Shown here one piece after another: positions 58,152 through 64,000 of a DNA stretch of 64,000 nucleotides. The DNA is from Anaerolineales bacterium (GTDB lineage: Bacteria > Chloroflexota > Anaerolineae > Anaerolineales > E44-bin32). The translations under genes and the position numbers were made by a program. Where the stretch lies: positions 15,513-79,512 of the forward strand of contig JBGUDT010000005.1 of assembly GCA_041821665.1 (NCBI GenBank), written 5' to 3'. How positions within the stretch are numbered: the stretch's first letter is position 1; every line of letters starts with the position of its first letter. The notes beneath the pieces are model-generated. The model did not search any database. It had not been told where the DNA came from and saw nothing but the letters and a program-made list of their open reading frames with translations.

Positions 58152-59699
58152 ATGAATAATTTTGGGTTGATCCCTGATCCTGTCAAGGTATGCTCGAAAC
58201 CAGGCCATTTCTCTCTTAGTTCAACCACGTGTATCGTCCATGACGACGAGAACCATGAAGTTGCCGTACTCCTGCAAGAAACTCTTCTGGATGCTATCGG
58301 GATCCGAGTTCCTGTCTTCAGAGATTGGACCAAGATGGAAAATGTCATCCTGTTGAGTTCGCGGCAAGATGAGAATCATCTCGGAGCCGAAGCGTATGAA
58401 CTTGAAGTACGACCAGACTTGATCCAAATCCGGGCATCCGATCGGCGTGGGAGCTTCTATGGCGTCCAAACTTTGCTGCAACTCATGCCTCCTGATGTTT
58501 TCCATACTGACGGACTGACACTTCCTCTGGAGATCCGATGTGTAAAAATTAACGATTATCCCCGATTCTCCTGGCGCGGGATGATGCTGGATGTGAGTCG
58601 ACATTTTTTCCCGATCGAGTTTCTCTATAAATTTGTCGACCTCCTCGCACTGCATAAGATGAACATCTTTCACCTACATCTGACGGATGATCAAGGTTGG
58701 CGTGTGGAGATCGAACAATATCCACGACTGACGAGCATCGGGGCATGGCGGAACGAGACGTTAATAGGTCACCTCCGTCATAGGCCGCATGCTTTCGACG
58801 ATCTGCGTCATGGAGGCTATTACACGCAATCTCAACTAGAGGCATTCGTGAAGTATGCACAAGTACGTAACGTGACCATCGTGCCCGAGATTGACATGCC
58901 CGGTCACACACAGGCGATGATCGCAGCGTACCCGGAGCTCGGAATTACGGATGAACACGTGGAGGTCTGGAACCGGTGGGGTGTGAGCCGACATCTCCTC
59001 AATATGGAGGAAGATACATTTGTCTTCGCGCAGAACGTCATCGATGAAGTATTGGCGTTGTTCCCTGGTCCAACCATCCATCTTGGCGGGGATGAAGTCG
59101 ACTCAGAGCTCTGGGCTTCGAGCTCAGAAACCAAGTTACGGATGAAGCACCTCGAACTAAAAAGCGTACGTGATATTCAACCGTATTTCCTTGCAAAGAT
59201 AACGGAGTACATCGAAAGAAAAGATCGCCGCGTCATCGGGTGGGATGAGATTATCGCAGGCGGCGTCTCGGACGACACAATCGTCATGTCCTGGCGGGGA
59301 GTAGACGGCGGCGTAATGGCTGCCGGTGCGGGGAACGATGTAGTCATGGCCCCTCGGCTTTGGACCTACTTTGATTCATACCAATCCGAGGATACGGACG
59401 AGGAGCCTCTCGCAATTGGCGGGACCATCACGCTCGAGAATGCTTATCAGTTCGAACCCATCCCTTCGGGGATGAGCGATGAGATCGTCGAGCACTTACT
59501 CGGAGCGCAGGGACAGCTCTGGACGGAGTATATGCCCAATACGGAACACGTCGAATACATGGCTTTTCCGAGAACGACGGCGCTTTCGGAAGTCCTGTGG
59601 TCGCCCCTTGCTAACCGGAATTTTGTTGGATTTACACATCGTCTTGTCACGCACTTGCGACGTTTGGACCATTTCGGTGTTAGCTATAGAGTGCCCTGA
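58152..59699 (+). CDS. beta-N-acetylhexosaminidase (GH20)
   Basis: 'RGMMLDVSRHFF', 'HLHLTDDQGWR', 'IVPEIDMPGH' and 'HLGGDEV' are the GH20 catalytic D-E region. No signal peptide is visible. Confidence 0.85.
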   Translation: MNNFGLIPDPVKVCSKPGHFSLSSTTCIVHDDENHEVAVLLQETLLDAIGIRVPVFRDWTKMENVILLSSRQDENHLGAEAYELEVRPDLIQIRASDRRGSFYGVQTLLQLMPPDVFHTDGLTLPLEIRCVKINDYPRFSWRGMMLDVSRHFFPIEFLYKFVDLLALHKMNIFHLHLTDDQGWRVEIEQYPRLTSIGAWRNETLIGHLRHRPHAFDDLRHGGYYTQSQLEAFVKYAQVRNVTIVPEIDMPGHTQAMIAAYPELGITDEHVEVWNRWGVSRHLLNMEEDTFVFAQNVIDEVLALFPGPTIHLGGDEVDSELWASSSETKLRMKHLELKSVRDIQPYFLAKITEYIERKDRRVIGWDEIIAGGVSDDTIVMSWRGVDGGVMAAGAGNDVVMAPRLWTYFDSYQSEDTDEEPLAIGGTITLENAYQFEPIPSGMSDEIVEHLLGAQGQLWTEYMPNTEHVEYMAFPRTTALSEVLWSPLANRNFVGFTHRLVTHLRRLDHFGVSYRVP

Positions 59700-59776
59700 T
59701 ATTTATTTGACCCGTTTATGATGTGTACATATAAGTTTAGATGGTCACACAGTTGATTCTTCTGGAGGTCGTACGC

Positions 59777-60355
59777 ATGGATCATCGTATCAATCAGCAA
59801 ATCGAATTCATTATTACGCTTGATAAACTTAAGCATATCCAACGGAGATCCTACCTGATCTCGGGAGATCGTACTGAGAACTCGGCTGAACACAGTTGGC
59901 ATATTGCCTTGATGGCGATGCTGCTCGCAGAATATTCAAATGAGAGCATCGATCTGGAGAGAACGATTCGAATGCTCCTCGTCCATGACATTGTCGAAAT
60001 CGAGGCGGGGGATACCTACTGCTATGACAGTGTCGTGGATCAAAAACTGAGGGAAGATAAAGCCGCTGATCAACTGTTTGGCATGCTGCCCGATGATCAG
60101 GCAGTGATGATGCGGGCTCTCTGGGATGAATTTGAGGCTGGAGAGAGCCCGGAATCACGTTTTGCCGCTGCGATGGACCGGCTCATGCCCCTTCTGCAGA
60201 GTTATCACACTCAGGGAAAGGGCTGGAAAGAAAATGAGATTAGCAAAAGCCAGGTTTTGGAGCGGAATGGTCCGATCGTGGATGGTTCGAAATCCCTCTG
60301 GATGTATGCGGAGAAACTCATAGAGGATGCGGCTGAAAAAAGTTGGTTGAGTTGA
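59777..60355 (+). CDS. HD-domain phosphohydrolase (YfbR-like 5'-nucleotidase family)
   Basis: 'ENSAEHSWHIALMA' and 'LLVHDIVEIEAGD' together form the H...HD...D metal site. Confidence 0.75.
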   Translation: MDHRINQQIEFIITLDKLKHIQRRSYLISGDRTENSAEHSWHIALMAMLLAEYSNESIDLERTIRMLLVHDIVEIEAGDTYCYDSVVDQKLREDKAADQLFGMLPDDQAVMMRALWDEFEAGESPESRFAAAMDRLMPLLQSYHTQGKGWKENEISKSQVLERNGPIVDGSKSLWMYAEKLIEDAAEKSWLS

Positions 60356-60465
60356 GTGGCGCAAGACAGAAATATGCTTATACCCGGCATGGTTTCTTGC
60401 GATCGTGGGCGAGAAATTTATTATCTAGAAGCGCATAGAAGTATGAGCAATTCCAGCGAGGATAG

Positions 60466-61899
60466 ATGGCTGCAGCTTTAAGTTCAAATCGTCGATTTCT
60501 TATCCTGGTATTTGCACTCGCATTAATTCCGAGATTGGCGCTCGTTGTGTTGACGCGTGATTTACCTATCGGATTGGACGACATGTTTCAATACGATATG
60601 CTCGCCCGCTCGATCGTCGCTGGTGACGGGTATCGATGGTATGGAGAGGATGATCTCAAGTTAATCCAACGGTATCTCCCCATGGAGATACCTGAGGAAT
60701 ACGATCCGCGTGGGATCCAAACCAGCTTCAGGGGACCTGGATACCCGGCATTTCTTGCGGTGGCATACCGAGTAGTTGGTGTGGGTGAAGCCCGGTTATT
60801 TGGAGCCAGGATCATTCAAACGTTCCTCATTGCTCTTCTGGCGCCACTCACCTGGCTGTTAGCAACCAAGGTGGGAATAAAAAAAAGGGGAGCCCAACTC
60901 AGTGCGATTATCATCGCGATAATTCCTCTTCTCATTGTTTACCCTCTCGCCCTTGCGAGCGAAAATTTGTTCATCCTGCTCCTGACCATTTCGCTCATAC
61001 TTTGTCTTGCCTATATGGATCGTGATTCGAAATTCGGTTTTTTCATCACTGGGTTCATACTTGGATTGACCGCGCTCACCCGATCCGTGGTTACAGGCTT
61101 CTTGCCCCTGATACTCCTGTGGGGATTATGGTGGGGGTGGGAAAAGCGATATCGTCTGCGGAATTCACTGTTTCTTGTTTTTGGCTTTTTTCTCATTACG
61201 ATTCCGTGGATGGTGCGAAATTCACTCCTGCATGAGCAGCCCACCTGGCTGGAAACATCTCTCGGCTATAACATGTATATGGGCTATCACCCTGAATCTA
61301 CGGGGAAATTCGAATTTGGGATCTCTCTTGATTTGCTCCCCATCCTTGATGACGCCGAACGGCACCAGCAGGGGATGGAGGCGTTTGAGAAATTTGTCCA
61401 AGAGGATCCATGGCGGGTGCCATATCTGGTGGTTCGTAAGATTGGCTATCAGTTCGGATTGGACAAACGTGCTTTAATATATTTTTACTCCAATGGAATC
61501 CTGGGCGCTTTGCCAACGCCCGCTCTGGGCGCCGCTTTTTTTCTGGCAGTGATTCCCTTTGTGATTATCGGGATAGGCGCTGTAATAGGGTTAGCCTTCG
61601 GTCCGTTTGATCAAAGAACGAGCCTGCTCATTATCTTCATCCTTTACTATACACTTGCCCATTCATTGATCCTGGGAGATGCTAGGTTTCATGTACCCTT
61701 GTTCCCGATATTCACGATCTTGACAGCCTACGCATTCACAGAGCGACCCTGGGGTGGAGCTCCCCGATGGCGATTTGCACTTGCTTTCCTGCTCGTAAGC
61801 TTACTCATCCTGAACTGGGCAACGGAGTTATATTTAGACTGGGACATGCTCAGCGCGGTCTTTGGCCCCGATGGTCACAGGCTTAGGCTGTCCTATTAA
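60466..61899 (+). CDS. GT-C fold glycosyltransferase (family 39 / ArnT-like)
   Basis: 477 aa with at least 10 TM segments. An early periplasmic-loop 'GLDDMFQYD' is DxD-like, and the architecture is typical of PMT/ArnT-type enzymes. Confidence 0.65.
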   Translation: MAAALSSNRRFLILVFALALIPRLALVVLTRDLPIGLDDMFQYDMLARSIVAGDGYRWYGEDDLKLIQRYLPMEIPEEYDPRGIQTSFRGPGYPAFLAVAYRVVGVGEARLFGARIIQTFLIALLAPLTWLLATKVGIKKRGAQLSAIIIAIIPLLIVYPLALASENLFILLLTISLILCLAYMDRDSKFGFFITGFILGLTALTRSVVTGFLPLILLWGLWWGWEKRYRLRNSLFLVFGFFLITIPWMVRNSLLHEQPTWLETSLGYNMYMGYHPESTGKFEFGISLDLLPILDDAERHQQGMEAFEKFVQEDPWRVPYLVVRKIGYQFGLDKRALIYFYSNGILGALPTPALGAAFFLAVIPFVIIGIGAVIGLAFGPFDQRTSLLIIFILYYTLAHSLILGDARFHVPLFPIFTILTAYAFTERPWGGAPRWRFALAFLLVSLLILNWATELYLDWDMLSAVFGPDGHRLRLSY

Positions 61900-61921
61900 G
61901 GGCAAAGTCTGAAGGAGTTAA

Positions 61922-62539
61922 TTGATGCGATTAAGAGAGCTACGAATGGACTGGAAGGTGGTCACGACAATAATCGTATCCACTTTGCTGCTTACGATCG
62001 ATTATTATCATCGGCTATTCCCTTACCACGTCCTTGATAGACTCTTCCTCTACCTCGTCGTCCCGCTCATCATTATCATCTTGTTCTACCGGGAATCTCC
62101 GGCGAAGTATGGCTTCCGAATTGGTGATTGGCGGGCGGGGATAGTCATCACGTCTATTGGAATCCTGGGTGCGGCGGTCGTAATATTTTTCGTCGCCCAG
62201 ACAGATGTTTTCCAGGAATACTACGCGCCGCTGGCAAACCTAACCATTCCGATGCCAATTTATACTGCCCTGGAACTATTCGGGTGGGAATTTTTATTCC
62301 GCGGATTCCTCCTGTTCTCGCTCTACACGGTCATTGGTCCGTATGCCATCGTACTTCAAGCTGTACCATTCGCTCTTGCGCATCTCGGGAAGCCGGAGCT
62401 GGAAACCATGAGTACGATTCTTGGCGGAACCGCGTTTGGATATATCGCCTGGCGGACGGGTTCATTTTATTATCCGTTCCTCATCCATTGGTTTATTTTA
62501 ACTGCGACGATCTTTATCGCGAGCGGGGGTATGGGATGA
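61922..62539 (+). CDS. CPBP-family intramembrane glutamic endopeptidase (CAAX protease-like)
   Basis: The motifs 'GWEFLFRGFL' (EExxxR-type), 'FALAH' and 'HWFIL' all lie in TM helices. Confidence 0.75.
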   Translation: MMRLRELRMDWKVVTTIIVSTLLLTIDYYHRLFPYHVLDRLFLYLVVPLIIIILFYRESPAKYGFRIGDWRAGIVITSIGILGAAVVIFFVAQTDVFQEYYAPLANLTIPMPIYTALELFGWEFLFRGFLLFSLYTVIGPYAIVLQAVPFALAHLGKPELETMSTILGGTAFGYIAWRTGSFYYPFLIHWFILTATIFIASGGMG

Positions 62540-62660
62540 GCGTGGTTCTTAATCCTTTCTCTCTTATAGTCAGGAAAATAGCAGAAACGGAGTTCAGATT
62601 GAAAAAATAGGAGGCAGCCGGATTATGCGCCACGTTGGGGCCTAAAGGAATTGAGGTTAT

Positions 62661-63083
62661 TTGATGAACAGCTATAGGAAAGAATTATGGTTCGATATTC
62701 CAGGAAGACGGGCGTTTATTAATATCACACCTGAGGTCGAAGCTGCCATCGTTGAGAGCGGGATCAGGGAGGGCATTGTTCTTGTGAATGCAATGCATAT
62801 TACCGCTTCGGTTTTTATAAATGACAACGAAACAGGGCTGCATCAGGACTATGACGTCTGGCTTGAAGAGCTCGCACCACATGAACCGACCGACCAATAT
62901 TTGCACAATCGCACCGGTGAGGACAATGCCGACGCACATTTAAAGAGACAGATAATGGGTCGTTCGATCGTCGCAGCGATTACGGATGGTGATTTAGATT
63001 TTGGTCCCTGGGAGCAAATATTTTATGGGGAATTCGACGGTCGTCGCCGGAAAAGGGTGCTCGTCAAAATCATCGGCGAATAA
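62661..63083 (+). CDS. yjbQ: YjbQ/UPF0047 family protein (secondary thiamine-phosphate synthase-like)
   Basis: 140 aa with 'ITPEVEAAI', '[12 protein letters not shown]', 'DNADAHLK' and '[11 protein letters not shown]', typical of YjbQ. Confidence 0.85.
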   Translation: MMNSYRKELWFDIPGRRAFINITPEVEAAIVESGIREGIVLVNAMHITASVFINDNETGLHQDYDVWLEELAPHEPTDQYLHNRTGEDNADAHLKRQIMGRSIVAAITDGDLDFGPWEQIFYGEFDGRRRKRVLVKIIGE

Positions 63084-63321
63084 ACTACAAGATTGATGAG
63101 TCTCGATGATCCTGTACGTACGTCTTGCAGGAGGTGCCTCACGATGGCGCGAACAGCGTCTGAGGTCTCGATCAAAGTTTTTGGGGTCGCTTCTATCAGG
63201 GACCATAGGAGAAATTGGGTTTAAGTTTTCTTTGATTATGTTTACCAGGAAAAGAGCCTGATATTTTGGACGAAACAATCAGATTACATGATGAAGTCAG
63301 TATGATCACTGGAGGAATGTA

Positions 63322-63774
63322 GTGGTAGACGCATTAATGAAGGTAGGCAATTTCTTTGTGATGGGTATTCTGAATTCCCCCTTGCACCCATTGATGAGTG
63401 CGAGCACTGCGATCATACGTGTCACCGGACGGAAGAGTGGAAGAATATATTCGATTCCGGTGAACTATGAGCGAGACGGAAATGAAGTGATGATTACGAG
63501 CACTAGGGATCGCACCTGGTGGAAAAATCTTCGAGGGGGATCTGACGCCAGGTTGCGCATTAAGGGAGAAAGTTATTTGGCCCGGGCTGAGGCAGTCGAG
63601 GACGATGATGTTGTCGGCGCACATCTTGATGCCCTCCTTCTTCGGCAACCGAATATGGCCAGATTCTACGGCATGAATAAAGAAGAAGATGGCTCCTTTC
63701 GGGGGTCAGACCTCGAGCGAGCTGCCAGCGAGAGGGTGCTTATCAAAGCTGTGTTGTCAGATTCGGTTACATAG
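63322..63774 (+). CDS. DUF385 / deazaflavin-dependent nitroreductase-like (PNPOx split-barrel) protein
   Basis: 150 aa. 'VTGRKSGRIYSIPVNY...W.KNL' resembles the DUF385 family core. Confidence 0.6.
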   Translation: MVDALMKVGNFFVMGILNSPLHPLMSASTAIIRVTGRKSGRIYSIPVNYERDGNEVMITSTRDRTWWKNLRGGSDARLRIKGESYLARAEAVEDDDVVGAHLDALLLRQPNMARFYGMNKEEDGSFRGSDLERAASERVLIKAVLSDSVT

Positions 63775-64000
63775 AAGCAAACATTGCTTAAGTCGTTGTG
63801 TTCTGCAATCTGAACGAGGTAGCACGCCGGCTACAATTGAATATGGATGACGCTGTTCTATTGATTCCGACAGAATCTCCTACGGGGACCCCACGGGAGA
63901 ATGCTGACCAAGATGCCCTCGAAGCACATATTTCCAATCATTGTTTTATTTTTGGTGTTTTATGGGGCGTGTTCCCCGCTCCAAGCCCCTGAGATACCAA

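Noticed and set aside
63798-63992. A 64-aa ORF at the window edge.
   Set aside because: It has no RBS and no recognisable motif. It is too close to the window end to judge.

Overview
This is a bacterial chromosomal window of moderate to high GC. The gene content and the Thr/Pro-rich linkers hint at a Chloroflexota-like lineage, but I could not verify that. All protein calls rest on motif and family recognition by eye, since no searches were run, and start codons and RNA ends are approximate.

Layout:
- 0.2-23.4 kb holds housekeeping and accessory genes: msrA, a DCC oxidoreductase, an orphan PstS-like binding protein, plsC plus a lipid kinase, addB-addA, a Crp/Fnr regulator, three MFS transporters, a DRG-type GTPase, a RibD-C-like reductase, a polyprenol kinase-like protein, and DUF3048 and SH3-like exported proteins.
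- 23.7-24.0 kb carries tRNA-Cys and tRNA-Gly. It is followed by a small membrane ORF coupled to a full-length CcrM/M.HinfI-family adenine methyltransferase.
- 25.9-28.5 kb (minus strand) is a four-gene cluster: PepSY protein, small membrane protein, ApbE flavin transferase, and a di-heme ferric-reductase-like membrane protein.
- 28.5-30.3 kb is an AT-richer patch. It contains a 48-aa Flp-type pilin gene that is missing from the ORF track, a lipoprotein and tRNA-Phe.
- 32.8-33.2 kb is RNase P RNA (rnpB, plus strand). The long minus-strand ORFs there are artefacts.
- 33.26-33.74 kb is an unannotated noncoding stretch with a tandem duplicated GC-hairpin/AT-rich module that ends in a strong plus-strand intrinsic terminator. 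This is my best candidate for something undescribed.
- 34.1-51.7 kb is a dcw cluster: MraZ-box operator, mraZ, rsmH, ftsL-like, ftsI, murF, mraY, orf100, murD, ftsW, murG, cvpA-like, murC, orf58, murB, ddl, ftsQ, ftsA, ftsZ. There is no murE.
- After the dcw cluster come nrdR-nrdJ with a composite control region, then assorted enzymes (MBL hydrolase, Asp/Glu racemase, GH20 hexosaminidase, HD hydrolase, GT39-like, CPBP protease, YjbQ, DUF385).

I saw no CRISPR array, transposase, integrase or rRNA.
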